Shown one piece after another: positions 1 to 14,327 of a DNA stretch of 64,000 nucleotides (position 1 is its first letter; each line of letters begins with the position of its first letter). A model generated the notes under the pieces. It worked only from the letters and a program-made list of their open reading frames with translations. It had not been told where the DNA came from and did no database searches. Location of the stretch: NCBI GenBank assembly GCA_951406725.2, contig OX597830.1, forward strand, positions 76,136,001-76,200,000, in the 5' to 3' direction. This stretch comes from Octopus vulgaris. Its lineage: Eukaryota. The position numbers and the translations under genes were made by a program.

Positions 1-82
1 CTTGTGCCTATAATAGAAAGGATTATTAAGAGGAAGTGGCCAGCTGGCAGAATAGTTTGCTCATCGGGCAAAATATTTACGG

Positions 83-139
<57 letters not shown>

Positions 140-140
<1 letters not shown>

Positions 141-1122
141 TATACTAATTTGTTTTGAAGTTTGTGTTCCGTTGTATTAAATAAACTCATCCACCTGCAA
201 TGGAGAATGAATCAGACAGAAAGCAACGGTTAGCCAGAGAGAGAGAGAGAGACAAAGAGAGAGACAGCCAGTCTCACTCAGGAAGTCCCACTCAGGAAGA
301 TTAAATAATACATTGGTTATTAAATCAATCATAAGAAGTGAGACAAGAGAGTTGCGTGCAAGACGCAAGAAGACAGGCTCGAAGACGTCAAAATGAAAAA
401 GAGCATCTAATTGCACAAAGGAGAGATATTCAAAGAGAGAGAGAGAGTATTTCTTTATTCACCATAAGGTTGAGAAAAAGAGGGGACAAAACAAACGTTG
501 GGGTCAGGGTATCGAATGAGACGAAACATATGAATAAACAAACAATTAAAATGTATAGAATTAAATGAGAATGAGTGAATAACAAAAAATGAAGCGGAGG
601 ACGCGGTTGACCCCACAAACCACATACTCACACTGAAGACTTTGCTTTCTCCTTTTTTACATTCCCGATTAAACAGGTTCTTTCACTCGCAACATACTTG
701 CTATAGACTTCCATCTTTTACGAAACACACTTTGCGACAGGCATTTCTTCTCCAGCCTTATTTTCCGTTTCATGTGGAAAACGAAGAGAGAGAGAGAGAG
801 AGAGAGTAGTATAAAAGAGTAAGCAGCAGTGAGAAGAGAATATCTGAGAACGAGAGCATTGCAAAGGCGACAAGATGAAATGGAAGATGAAGCAGCACAA
901 AGGAAAGGAATCGAAAGAGAGAGAACATCGAGAAGAATCAAAGAAGAATTAATTAATACTGAAACGGACCATCTAAAACAAGGCGAATTCATTGCTGGTA
1001 GAGTTTTCACTAGAAGCGTGGTGCTGAAGCAATTACTGAGATAAAAATTATAATGTTTTTATTTGAATTTTATTATCCGTATCATTTTCATGCCGTCATT
1101 TCTGACGGCACGGGTATACTAG
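140..1122 (+). mobile_element. Non-autonomous Helitron with STPR-like coding remnants
   Basis: Canonical Helitron 3' end: 8-bp hairpin TGCCGTCA-tttc-TGACGGCA (1091-1110), 8-nt spacer, CTAG (1119-1122), then T. Internal ORF remnants (ARRRQNEKEHLIAQRRDIQRER; ALQRRQDEMEDEAAQRKGIERERTSRR) resemble the R/E-rich STPR repeats at the N-terminus of animal RepHel proteins. The 5' end is uncertain. Confidence 0.7.
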
Positions 1123-1134
1123 TAAATACCAATA

Positions 1135-1343
1135 TTGGTTTCAAACTTTAGCACAAGGCCAGTAATTTCGAGTGTGGGGAGGGTTCAGTAGATTACAACA
1201 TCTCCAGTGATCAACTGGTACTTATTTTATCGACCCCGAAATGATGGAAGGCAAAGTCAACGTCGGCTGAATTTTAACTCAGAATGTAAAAGCCGATGAA
1301 GTGCTGCGAAGCATTTTCTCCGGCATGCTAATGATTCTGCTAG
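1135..1343 (-). mobile_element. SINE family B (tRNA-like head, GCCTTTCATCCTTTCGGGGTCGATAAA core)
   Basis: Diverged reverse-complement match to the family B copies at 54957 and 43662. Confidence 0.8.
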
Positions 1344-1365
1344 AACGCAGCTTTTTGTACAAATG

Positions 1366-1955
1366 AGGATTTCAAATATCTGCCCAATGCCGTAGGCGTA
1401 GGAGTAGCTTGCTTGCGAACTACATGGTTCCGGGTTCAGTCCCACTGCGTGGCACCTTGGGCAAGTGTCTTCTACTATAGCCTCGGGCCGACCAAAGCCT
1501 TGTGAGTAGATGTGGTAGACGGAAACTGAAAGAAACCCATTGTATATATGTATATATGTATAAATATGTATGTGTGTGTATATGTTTGTGTGTCTGTGTT
1601 TGTTTCCACCAACATCGCTTGACAACCGATGCTTGTGTATTTACGTCCCCGTAACTTAGCGGTTCGGTAAAAGAGACCGATAGAATAAGTACTGAGCTTA
1701 CAAAAAATAAGTTATGGGGTCGAGTTGCTCGATTAGAGGCGGTGCTCCAGCATGGCCACAGTCAAATGACTGAAACAAGTAAAAGAGTAAAAGAATGCCA
1801 GCAATTTTGGGGGAAGAGATAAGTCGATTACTTGTTTTATCGACCTCCGAAAGGATAAAAGGCAAAGTCGACGCCGGTGGAATTTGAACTCAGAACGTAA
1901 AGATGGACGAAACGCTGCAAAGCAGTTTGTCCGGCATGCTAGCGATTCTGCCACG
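1366..1955 (-). mobile_element. SINE family B interrupted by a SINE A insertion
   Basis: Family B tail at 1366-1391 resumes at 1800-1955. Confidence 0.75.
1392..1795 (+). mobile_element. SINE family A (tRNA-like head, CCTTGGGCAAGT core, internal microsatellite)
   Basis: B-box-like GGGTTCAGTCC, internal (TA)/(TG) tract, tail GGCGGTGCTCCAGCATGGCC..CAGTCAAATGACTGAAACAAGTAAAAGAG. Flanked by AATGCC at 1386-1391 and 1794-1799, a likely TSD. Confidence 0.9.
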
Positions 1956-2110
1956 TTGCAGCTTTGTTTTGTATGAATAATGATATTATGAAGTGGAGAG
2001 AGGTAGAATAACCGATGGTCAGCCGCAGTTGTAAGCGTCTGCGTGGTAAAGTCACCAAACACACAGGTGCATCCAGAGTAAAGTTAGGTCTATCTGGGTT
2101 ATGAAATTGC

Positions 2111-2250
2111 CTCCTCTCCCTCCTCCTCCTCCTCCTCCTTCTTCTTCTTCTTCTTCTTCTTCTTCTTCTTCTTCTTCTTCTTCTTCTTCTTCTTCTTCTT
2201 CTTCTTCTTCTTCTTCTTCTCCTTCGTCTTCTTCTTCGTCTTCTTCTTCC
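2111..2250. repeat. (CCT)n/(CTT)n microsatellite
   Basis: Directly visible. Confidence 0.95.
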
Positions 2251-2536
2251 CTGCCAAGAATTCACAACGACCTCGAACCCACAAGTGTAAACAAGGGAGA
2301 CAGAGACAGGCAGAAACAAGGAAAATGCCACTTGTATTTGAATACTATGCAAATATTCATTTAAAAAAGTTTTCTCTTAATTTTCCCAAAATTTATATGT
2401 TTTCCATACTTACAGTTGAAAAAATTTCCAAAAAAGACTGAAAACCGTACTGAAATGTTTGTTATAAAATTGATTTAGCATTTTCTACCTTGACTTTTTT
2501 TCCATATATATTAACTCGTGTGTTCCTTTTCAACCT

Positions 2537-2539
<3 letters not shown>

Positions 2540-2575
<36 letters not shown>

Positions 2576-2713
2576 ACACACACACACACACACACACACG
2601 TACACACACACACACACACGTACACACACACACACACACACACACGTATATATATACACGTATACACACACACACACACATATATATGTATATATATACA
2701 CATATATACATAT

Positions 2714-2759
<46 letters not shown>

Positions 2760-2800
2760 ATATATATATATCATACATACGAACACACATATATATATAA
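2540..2800. repeat. Compound (CA)n/(TA)n microsatellite
   Basis: Directly visible. Confidence 0.95.
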
Positions 2801-3469
2801 GTCAGCATTGTTTTTGTTTTTTTGTCTTTTCTATAAACTAGTAATGGTATGTAACAATTAATCTCAAAAACACTTCTGGATAGAAAATGTCGATGGCTGT
2901 CCGTTGGACGCGAACGCACATCTCACGTAGACATGACAAGGGATTGGGCCAACGCTATCATTCGAATTTTCCCCCCAGCGGGAATTGCATGTCGTTGACA
3001 TAAGAATTTATAAACTTTCGAGAGAACGTAAAATAAAGCGTTCAACTTTTCCAGCCAAAAGGGTTTTTTAACCCTTTATTTATAGCTTTATCAGCTTCGA
3101 GTTCTCCCGCCTCCATAAAATATTTATACATCCACACTCACTCACATATGTGCACGCTTTCTCTAAAAAGGAGAATAGGGTTAGTAACTTGTTTTATTGC
3201 ATAATCTTACAATTGTTTCATCGTCGCCTTACGAGAAGATTATAGCTGAAATATTATTATACGTGTTTTATATTTCTGTCCGCTAAGTTTACTGATGATG
3301 CATTGGTTGACTTGTGGCTATACTAAAAGACACTTGCCTAAGGTGCCGCACAGTGAGACTGAACTCGAGAGAGCTTTTCAACCACAGTCATGCCTCTGCA
3401 TAGGAAGTTTGATCATAAATGCTTGCTTCACTAACATATAGAGTCCGTGTGCAAATAAAGTGCATAACT

Positions 3470-3953
3470 GCAAGAAAGAAAAAAACAAAGAAAGAAGGAA
3501 GGAAGGGAAAAGTATATATGTCGGAAAAAAGAAGAGAAAATTAATTCAAAATTATTAAATAAATATATTTCTAACGTGAAAGAAGGTGAAGGAAAGGAAA
3601 AAAGAAGAAGAGCAAGAAAAAGAAAGATTGCAAGAAATTTCTTCAGAGAAAGAACAAGAAGAAAGGAAGGAAAGAAACTGAAGGAAAGAAAAAAGGAAGA
3701 AAGAAGGAATTACGAAAATGGAAGAAAGAAAGAAAAAATTAGGATTGAAAGAATGCAAGAAAATTCTTAAGAGAACGTATAAGAAGAAAGGAAGGAGAAT
3801 GAAAGTAGAAAAAGAAGCAAAGAATGAAGAAAGAAAGAAAGAAGGAATGAAGATAAGAGAAAGAAGGAATAAATGAATTATGATAGAAAGAATGGAGGAA
3901 ATTTCTTCAGAAGATGAATAAGAAAGAAGAAAAGAGATAGAAAGAAAGAATGA

Positions 3954-3992
<39 letters not shown>

Positions 3993-4170
3993 GGGAAGAG
4001 GAGAGAAAGAAGAAAGAAAGCAGTAATGAAGAAAGAAAGAGGTAATGAGGAAAGAAAGAATGCAAGAAATTTCTTCAGAGAAAGAACAATAAGAGAAGAA
4101 AAGAGAAAGAAAAAGGAAGCGAAGAAGGAAGGATGGAAGAAAGAAGAAAAATAGCAAGGTTGCAAGAAGA
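3470..4170. repeat. GAAA/GAA purine-rich low-complexity tract with recurring TGCAAGAAATTTCTTCAGAG motif
   Basis: Motif recurs near 3630, 3755, 3895 and 4060. Confidence 0.85.
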
Positions 4171-4418
4171 ACGGAGGATAGGGATCGAAAACAAATATGG
4201 AAGACGTCAGTTCATTTGGTCACATGTCTGATAAGGGATCTATTGTGATTTTTTTGTGAGCAGACGACAGGCTGTGTATCTGCGTGTATATGTGTAGTTC
4301 CGTATGTGCGTCTGTGTGTCTGTGTTGATATGCCTGAGAGTGATTAAAATGTGTTTGTGTGTGTGTCTGTGATGCGTGTATGTGTATGTATGCGTTATGT
4401 CTGAGTATGTGTGTATGT

Positions 4419-4461
<43 letters not shown>

Positions 4462-4745
4462 GTGTGTGTTATGTCTTTCTATGGTTGTTAGTACTAGCTT
4501 GTGTGTTTGCGTATGTGTGTTTGCCTATGCACACATAAACACAAACACATGCTTATATGCAAAGAGACACACACATATATCACTGCGCAAATATGTGTAT
4601 GGTTGTATGTTTATATGTATGTGTGTGTGTTTGTGTTTACGTTCCGTTATGCTCCTTATAACATCCAGTTAGCCATGATGGAGCAAACTTATGATTAAAG
4701 ACGATCCATCCATAACTACCCCAGATATTACTCAGACAGTTTATA

Positions 4746-5344
4746 CCTATTTCTTTACTACCCACAAGGGGCTAAACACAGAGAGGACAAACAAAGACAG
4801 ACAAACGGATTAAGTCGATTATATCGACCCCAGTGCGTAACTGGTCCTTAATTTATCGACCCCGAAAAGGATGAAAGGCAAAGTCGACCTCGCTGGAATT
4901 TGAACTCAGAACGTAGCGGCAGACGAAATACCTATTTCTTTACTACCCACAAGGGGCTAAACACAGAGTGGACAAACAAGGACAGACAAACGGATTAAGT
5001 CGATTACATCGACCCCAGTGAGTAACTGGTCCTTAATTTATCGACCCCGAAAAGGATGAAAGACAAAGTCGACCTCGGCGGAATTTGAACTCAGAACGTA
5101 GCGGCAGACGAAATACCTATTTCTTTACTATCCACAAGGGGCTAAACACAGAGGAGACAAACAAGGACAGACAAACGGATTAAGTCGATTACATCGACCC
5201 CAGTGCGTAACTGGTCCTTAATTTATCGACCCCGAAAAGGATGAAAGGCAAAGTCAACCTCGGCGGAATTTGAACTCAGAACGTAGCGGCAGACGAAATA
5301 CCGCGAAGCATTTCGCCCGGCGCGCTAACGTTTCTGCCAGCTCG
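4746..5344 (-). mobile_element. SINE family B, head plus three tandem 185-bp units
   Basis: Units start at 4746, 4931 and 5116 (CCTATTTCTTTACT). Head at 5300-5344. Flanking direct repeat CAGTTTATA at 4737-4745 and 5345-5353. Confidence 0.92.
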
Positions 5345-5789
5345 CAGTTTATAACTGTTATTCCAATGACGTTATCCAAAGCGACCTTAACTTTTTAAGG
5401 TTGTAGGCAATATTTGAGTCCGATTTAGCTGCTGCTTCTAGCAAGCCGAAAACCCTTGTAAAGATATCCAGTTGGATTTGCAATCGTTTTTACTTAGTGT
5501 TCCCTTCCCTCGCTAAAAACAACCAATCAGTAAAGCAGCAGGCATTGCTACGGCAGAAGGGGAGGAATCAGAGAATTAGAGAGAGTGGGAGGAGAATGGA
5601 AAGGGAAAGATATAAGCAGAGAGAGAGAGAGAAAGAAAGAGAAAAGGGAAAATGTATTGTAATATGAGTAATGCTGCTGATGGTGGTGGTGGTGGTGGTC
5701 ATCGTTGTCTTGTTGGTGGCGGAGAGAGATAGAGAGAGGTAAAAAAGTAGAGAGAGAGAGAGAGAGCGTGAGACTGAAATACGATGGTG

Positions 5790-5965
5790 TGGTGTTGTGT
5801 ATAGATCCTCACTGTCCATGCCTTCTAGCCGTGACCATCCCATCGTTGTCTTTATGCAAGGAAACGAAAGCATAGCTTATTCATATTTTTTTTAAGACAC
5901 TGGAGGTGTAATACGAGGGAAATTTGGTTGCTATTCCTTGCAGATCGAGCTACGATTGCCTCGTT
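5790..5965 (-). mobile_element. Old diverged dispersed repeat (family E)
   Basis: The motif ..GAGGGAAATTTGGTTGCTATT..GCAGATCGAG.. and GCCGTGACCATCC have loose matches near 5410-5450, 11790-11995 (opposite strand), 23945-24125 and 28490-28680. Confidence 0.5.
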
Positions 5966-6112
5966 AACTCGAGAGAAAAGGAGAGTGAGACAGAGAGAGA
6001 GAGAGAGAGAAGGGGAGCGAGAGAGACAGAGAGAGAGAAGGGGAGGGAGAGAGAAAGAGAGGGAAGGGCGTAGTACAGTGAGTGCTTGATGGCTTTGATA
6101 GTCATGGTTGCG

Positions 6113-6172
6113 GTATATATATGTATATATATATATCTGTATATATATATATATATCTGTATATCTGTATAC

Positions 6173-6238
<66 letters not shown>

Positions 6239-6245
6239 TACATAT

Positions 6246-6290
<45 letters not shown>

Positions 6291-6297
6291 TACATGC

Positions 6298-6389
<92 letters not shown>

Positions 6390-6420
6390 CATACATGCAT
6401 ATATATATATATATATATAT
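6113..6420. repeat. (TA)n-dominated compound microsatellite
   Basis: Directly visible. Confidence 0.95.
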
Positions 6421-7254
6421 TGTGTTGAATGGGAAGTGTAAGAGAGGGATATATGTAAGTAGCGAGAGAGGGGGAGATTGAATGTGATGCGTAGCAGAGG
6501 GATAGTTGTATGTATGCACAGAGAGAGGGAGAGAGAGAGAGAGAGAATGAGAGAGAGGGAGACAGAGAGAGCATAAAATAGAAAATTGAGAGATAGAGGA
6601 GTTTAGGGAAGAAGAGTAAAGGGTATCATGTTGGTGACCGCTGTTGAGAGTGGTAGTAGCAGAGAAAGAGAGAGAGAGAGAGAGAGAAAATCGATAGAGA
6701 GGGAGATAAAATGTAAAGTGTAGGAGGAGGATGCGTTTATGTAGGGAGAGGGAAAAGAGAACGAGAAAGAGTTAAGAGAGTGGCGGTAGCAGAGAGAGCG
6801 AAGGAGGAAGTAAGAGAGGGAATGAAGAAGAGAAAGAAAAGAAAAAAGGATTAAAGTATTAGAGAGGGATACATGTATGTGTAAGAGAAGGATGGGGGGA
6901 AAGCATGAGTGCATCTAATACAGAGAGAGAGGAGGCGAGTGAGAGTGAAAGAGACTGATTATGAAGTGCTAGAGAGGGAAATATCGATAGACATACATAC
7001 ATACATACATACATGCATAGTACATTACTGGAGAGAGAGGGAGGGAGGTGTCGGTGGGAGGAGAGGAGGTTGAAATATAACCGGAGTATAAAGAATGAGG
7101 AAGGAGGAAGTGGGGAAGGGAAGGATGAAGAAGAAAAGGGGAGGAGGGAAGAAAAGGGAGTGGTAGGAGAGAGAGGAGGACGAAACGTAAAGGCCAAAAC
7201 CCATTTATCACCACTGCGGCTGGTGTTTTTAACTCGCCGCCGCCGCCACATACC

Positions 7255-7297
7255 AACCACTACCATCAACACCACCGGGGCCAGGGCTGCTGCTACT

Positions 7298-7329
<32 letters not shown>

Positions 7330-9080
7330 GCTGCTACTACTACCACTGCTACTTTCATGTTCGCCCCCCCCCATCAGGAATGGCGTACTACCACATACCA
7401 ATACAACCATCACCACCACCTACTACTACTACCACTACTACTACTACTACTACTAATACTACTACTACTGCTGCTGCTACTGCTGCTGTTGCTGCTGCTA
7501 TTACTACTACTTCCGTGTCCACTGTCAGGAGAGCCGTACTACTACATACCAATACAACCACCGCCACTACTACTACTACTACTACTACTACTAATACTAC
7601 TACTACTATAACTGACACAACCAGTACTACAACCACCACTGTTAGTATCTTTGCTACCACTCCCACTGTTGTTGCTACGGCCTGACAATAATCGCAACAA
7701 CATAATTACCATACACTTACAACTAACATTAGCACCACCAACACCACTACCACAACCACCACCACTACTATCACCACCACCACCAATATCGCCACCACCA
7801 CAACCACCACTATCACCACCACCACCAATATCACCACCACCAATATCGCCACCACCATCAATATCGCCACCACCACAACCACCACTATCACCACCACCAA
7901 TATCGCCACCACTATCACCACCACCACCACCACCACCACCACCACCACCACCACCACAACCACCACTACTATCACCACCACCACCAATATCACCACTACT
8001 ATCACCACCACCACCAATATCGCCACCACTACTATCACCACCACCACCAATATCACCACCACTACTATCACCACCACCACCAATATCACCACCACTACTA
8101 TCACCACCACCACCAATATCGCCACCACCACCAATATCGCCACCACCACAACCACCACTACTATCACCACCACCACCAATATCACCACCACTACTATCAC
8201 CACCACCACCACCACCAATACCACCACCACCACAACCACCACTATCACCACCACCACCACTATCACCACCACCACCACACCACCACCACCAATATCGCCA
8301 CCACCACAACCACCACTATCACCACCACCAATATCGCCACCACTATCACCACCACCACCACCACCACTACTATCACCACCACCACCACCACCAATATCGC
8401 CACCACCACAACCACCACTACTATCACCACCACCACCAATATCGCCACCACTATCACTACCACCACCACCACCAATATCGCCACCACTACTATCACCACC
8501 ACCACCAATATCGCCACTACCACCACACCACCACCACCATCACATATGCTCACCTCACACTATCACCACTAACACTACTATTATATAAACACCACTATCA
8601 TAACAAGCACCACCACTACCACTGTCACCACTACCACACCCTCAGAAGCATCTCATACACATTCTCACACTACCATTCCTATCGTATCTACACCACCTCA
8701 TACCACAAGGCCACTAAAACATACCCGTACCACTAACACTAACAACCCCACCACTACCACCTCTACTACTTTCATTCCTACTGCCACTAAATCCACCATT
8801 ATCAACATCATTTGTATAACCCACTTGCATACCACCACTAGCACCACCACCACCACCACTACCACCACCATCAGTACTGTCACCTATACCACTACTCCCA
8901 CCGGTACCACAACCAACATTACCACCTCCACCACTATCACCACCCCCACCCCCACCAGCACCAGCACTCCACCCCCACCATCAGCACTGTCACTTATACC
9001 ACCACTCCCACCACTCCCACAATAACCTCCTTACAACACAACACCTACTACTACTATTACTACTACTACTACAACCACTC
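7255..9080. repeat. ACC/ACT trinucleotide-derived low-complexity tract, including a CCACCACCAATATC(G/A) / CCACCACTACTATCA minisatellite (7730-8530)
   Basis: Directly visible; explains the Pro/His/Gly/Val-rich ORFs on both strands. Confidence 0.9.
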
Positions 9081-9094
9081 ATAATAATCTGTAC

Positions 9095-9732
9095 TACTAT
9101 ATGCACAAAGCCTGAAATGTGATGGGGCGGGGACTAGTTGATTACATCGACCCCCCAGTATTTTACTGGTACTTAATTTATCGACCCCGAAAGGAAAAAA
9201 GGCAAAATTGACCTCGGCGGAATTTGAACTCAGAACGTAGCCGCAGACGAAATACCTATTTCTTTACTACCCACAAGGGGCTAAACACAGAGAGGACGAA
9301 CAAGGAAGGACAAACGGATTAAGTTGATTAGATCGACCCCAGTGCGTAACTGGTACCTGATTTATCGATACCGAAAGGATGAAAGGCAAAGTCGACCTCG
9401 TCAGAATTTGAACTCAGAACGTAACGGCAGACGAAATACGGCCACGCATTTCGCCCGGCGTGCTAACGTTTCTGCCAGCTCGCCGCCTTTACAACAACAA
9501 TAACAACAACAACAACAATAATCCCTTCTATCATAGGCACAAGTCCTGAAATTTGAGGGAAGGGGACTAGTCGATTACATTAATACCAGTGCTTTACTGG
9601 TATTTAATTTATCGACCCCGAAAGGATGAATGGTAAAGTCGACATTGACGGAATTTGAACTCAGAACATAAAGAGGGACGAACATTTTGTCCGGAGTGCT
9701 AACAATTCTGCTAGCTCAGTAATAATACCGTT

Positions 9733-9763
<31 letters not shown>

Positions 9764-11135
9764 CTTCTAGCATCGACATTAGCACTACCACCAATACTAC
9801 CATCATCACCATCAACATCACCGCCATTTCTACCCACAATACTAGTGAGAGCCGATACCTGTACTGTCATCTCTCTGCACTGCGACTTTGACTAAAGCTG
9901 GTTTCAAATTTTGGCACAAGGCCAGCAATTTCGGGTAGTGAGTGGAGATAAGTCGATTATATCGACCTTAAGTATTGATACTTGATACTTATTCTATCCA
10001 CCTTCCAGCAGAATTCGACCTCAGAATGTAAAAGACAGACGAAATGCCGCTAAGCATTTTTTGTCCGGCGATTCTTCCATCTCGGCGTCTTAAAGTATGC
10101 TAATGTTCTTTTCTACGCTAGGCTCAAGGCGCCAAATTTCGAGGAGTGGGACAGTCGATTCGATCGACCCCCTGTACGCAACTGGTACTTAATTTATCGA
10201 CCCCGAAAGGATGAAAGGCAATGTCACCTCGGCGGAATTTGAACTCAGAACATAAAGACAGACGAAATACCGATAAGCATTTTGCACGGCGTGTTAACGT
10301 TTCTTATTTCTTTATTGCCCACAAGAGGCTAAACATAGAGGGGACAGACAAAGGGGTTAAGTTGATTACATCGACCCCAATGCGTGACTGGTACTTAATT
10401 TTTCGACCCTGAAAGGATGAAATGCAAAGTCGACCTCGGCAGAATTTGAACTCAGAACTTAACGCAGACGAAATACCTATTTGTTTACTACCTACAAGGG
10501 GCTAAACACAGAGGGGACAAACAAGGACAGGCAAAGGGATTAAGTCGATTACATCGACCTCAGTGCGTAACTGGTACTTAATTATTCGACTCCGAAAGGA
10601 TGAAAGGCAAAGTCGACCTTGGCGGAATTTGAACTCAGAACGTAACGACAGACGAAATACCCCAAAGCATTTCGCCCGGCGTGCTAACGATTCTGCCAGC
10701 TCGCTTCCTTAAAGTATGTCCGTCTTTACGAGCCTTAAAGTTGTCCGTCTTTACGAGCTAAGTTCAAATTCCGCCGAGGCCGAATTGGCCTTCCCATCCT
10801 CTCGGAGATCGATAAAATAAGTACCAGTTGAGCACTGGGGTCGATGTAATCGACTTTCCCACCTCCCATGAAATTACTGGCCATGTGCCAAAATTTTAAA
10901 TTAATATTAGTGAAAATTAAATGGCGCCGAACTCGCAGAAACTTTAGCACGCCGAGCGAAATGCTTAGCGGCATTTTGTCTGTCCTCCCGATCCGAGTTC
11001 AAATTCCGCCGGGGCTGGCTTTGCCTTTCATCCTTTCGGAGATCGATGAAATAAGTACCAGTTGAGCACTGAGGTCGATGTAATCGGCTTACCTCCTCCT
11101 CCGAAATTGCTGGCCTTGTGTCAAAATTTGAAATC
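9095..11135. mobile_element. Cluster of about nine SINE family B units (minus strand 9095-10709, plus strand 10740-11135)
   Basis: Repeated ATCGACCCCGAAAGGATGAAAGGCAAAGTCGACCTCGGCGGAATTTGAACTCAGAA and its reverse complement. Confidence 0.9.
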
Positions 11136-11149
11136 GATTTTACCATATT

Positions 11150-11306
11150 TCGACAACTATCATGACAATAACATCCCGACCGCCACCACTACACCACTTC
11201 TTCATCCCACCATACCATCCCGCCACTACCACCAATACTACCAGAACCATCTCAGCTATCATCACCACCAGTAACACCACCACCATCACGACTACCACTA
11301 CCACTT

Positions 11307-11349
<43 letters not shown>

Positions 11350-12328
11350 CACAACCACTGATAACACTATCCACTACTACTACTACGTCTACTACTATCA
11401 TCAACACCACCACTATCATCACCGCCACCACTATCACCACTGCCACCACCACCACCACCAGTACAACTACCGCCTCCACAACTACCTCTCCGACGACCAC
11501 CACCACTACCACCACTTGTATCACAACCACTACAACATCTGCAACCAACACCACTACACCCAGGCCCACCACACCCAACACCACTACACCCAGGCCCACC
11601 ACACCCAACACCACCACATCCAACACAAATGCACCCAGCTCCACCACAAGCATCATCACAATACCCACCACCTCCACCACCACCACCACCAGTACACCAC
11701 CACCACCACCACCACCACCACTTTCATTCCCGCCACCATTTTTACAACATTCACATTTGGTAACCGACACGATCCAAACAAGAAGCCACTTCATGGTAAA
11801 TTCAGCAGCTAAAAATAACAGCCATGTATCCCTCAACTCGCATCCAACTACTTGAAAGACAAGGTAAGACAGATGACACGTTAGATAATTAATTCTCTCT
11901 GATATATAATACATTATTAGAATGGATGATCACATTTGGAATGTCTTTAACGGTAGAATAATCTGTTCGCTGAGTGTTAGCCGGAAGCTAAGCAACATCA
12001 ACAATAACAAACTCGAGGTCAACAGCATCAGCAACAACAACTACTACTACTACCACCACCACCACCACCACCACCACTACAACTACTACTACTTCCACCA
12101 CCACTACCATCACCATCACCGCCACTATTATTATTACTACTACTACTACTACTACCACCACCACCACTACCACCACCATCATCACCACCACCACCACCAC
12201 CACTACTACTACTACTACTATTACTACTACTACTACTACTATTGCCACCACAACTACCACCACCACCATCACCACCACCACCACCACAACTACTACTACT
12301 ACTACAACTACTACTGCTGCTGCTGCTG

Positions 12329-12414
<86 letters not shown>

Positions 12415-13100
12415 TTCTTTTATTAGCCATAGTTGAGAGGGAAACCATGGGTATAACTATTTCTTAACCACCATCAGCAAGAAACATCACCACCGAACAC
12501 CACACTATGGCTTTACTACAAAATCTCAATCAAGACTTCCACCACCACCACCACCATCGTCACCACCACCGTCGCCACCACCGTCGCCACCACCGTCGCC
12601 ACCACCGTCGCCACCACCGTCGCCGCCGCTTCTGCCAGTAACACCCACACCACCATCATCACATGCATTAGCAGCATCACCATCAAAGTCACTGACAGCG
12701 ACAGCCCCACCACCACCACCAACACCAACAACAGCAACAACAACAACACCACCACCACCACCACTTCCACTGTCACCAGCACCAGCACGACCAACAACAA
12801 TAACACCACCGCCACTACCACCACTACCACCTCCACCATCATCAGCACCTCCATCAAAACCACCACCATCACCACCTCCACCGTCACCAACACCAGCACC
12901 AGTACCAGTACCTCCACCGCCACCACCACCACCACCATCCAAACCATCCCAATTATTACCGCTGCCGCCGCCGATAATGGCTACAACTACAATGAAATCA
13001 CATCACTTCATCATCTTCACACCAGCTTCATGACGATGACGACGACGACGACCACCACCACCACCACCACCACCACCACCACCATCTCCACCACAAACAA
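11150..13100. repeat. ACC/ACT/AAT trinucleotide low-complexity tracts
   Basis: Directly visible; interrupted by a family E remnant near 11770-11995. Confidence 0.9.
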
Positions 13101-14187
13101 CAACACTATCATAACTATCACACACAAAGATACCACGCACACATACACTCATACACACACACACAATCACATCCGCATACATACACACATACACAAGCAC
13201 GCACCCACCAAGTAAGTGATAGAATAACTTCAGATAGAAAGCCATGAGCGATGGCATGTAAAGCAAAATCAGAGAGGTGAGGGAGAGGGAGTTGAGAGAG
13301 AGAGAGAGAGAGAGAGAGGAGGGGATAAAGGGAACGAAAGTATGAAACAGAAAGGCTGAGAAAAAAGGAGTGATGGAGAGAGAGATAGAGAGAGAGAGAG
13401 AGAAAGAGAGAGAGGGGGATAGGCAGACAAACAGATAGAGATAGAAAGAGGCGGAGAAAGAGAAATAAAGCAACAACGAAACAGTAAAATTTGAATACGT
13501 AGAGCTAAAGAGAGAGGGAGAGACAGAGAGAGACAGAGAGAAAAGAAAAGAAAGAGAACGTAAGGCAGAGAGAGAGGGAGAGAGTGTATAAGCAATAAAG
13601 GGGACACAGAAAGAAAGAGATAAAAAGAAAGAGAGAGAGAGAGAGATTGAGAAAGTATGAGTTGAAATCTATGCAGTGATTCTGTTCGTGTGGAACATCT
13701 TATTTTGGCGTATGATTATATCCAGTTGTATATATTATATATATGTATATATATATATATATATAAATATATATATCGCTCGGTTGAATCATTGACGATG
13801 TGACTGTTAGATAAACTTATAATGTGAAAGAATTTCCCTGGACTCTTCGGTTCGAAACGACACACACACGTATAGATACATTACACGCACATCACATTAC
13901 ATAACATCACATCACATACATACATACATACATACAGACAGACACACACATACACATGCATATATACACATATAAATACATACATATATATACATATTTA
14001 CATACAGACATATACTCACACACATAATATATACATACAAACATTACAATATATATATATATATATACAAGCATTAGAGAATATATATGAATATATATAT
14101 ACACAAACACATATACGCATAAATACATATACAAGTATAAACATACATATATATAATCATCCATCCATATATATATATATATGTAAA

Positions 14188-14291
<104 letters not shown>

Positions 14292-14296
14292 CATAC

Positions 14297-14327
<31 letters not shown>

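Noticed and set aside
4746-5344. CRISPR-like or satellite array
   Set aside because: Units are contiguous SINE bodies with no unique spacers; eukaryotic context
7542-8736. Long Pro/His-rich (361 aa), Gly-rich and Val-rich ORFs
   Set aside because: Open on both strands because of ACC-type repeats; no domain or splice evidence
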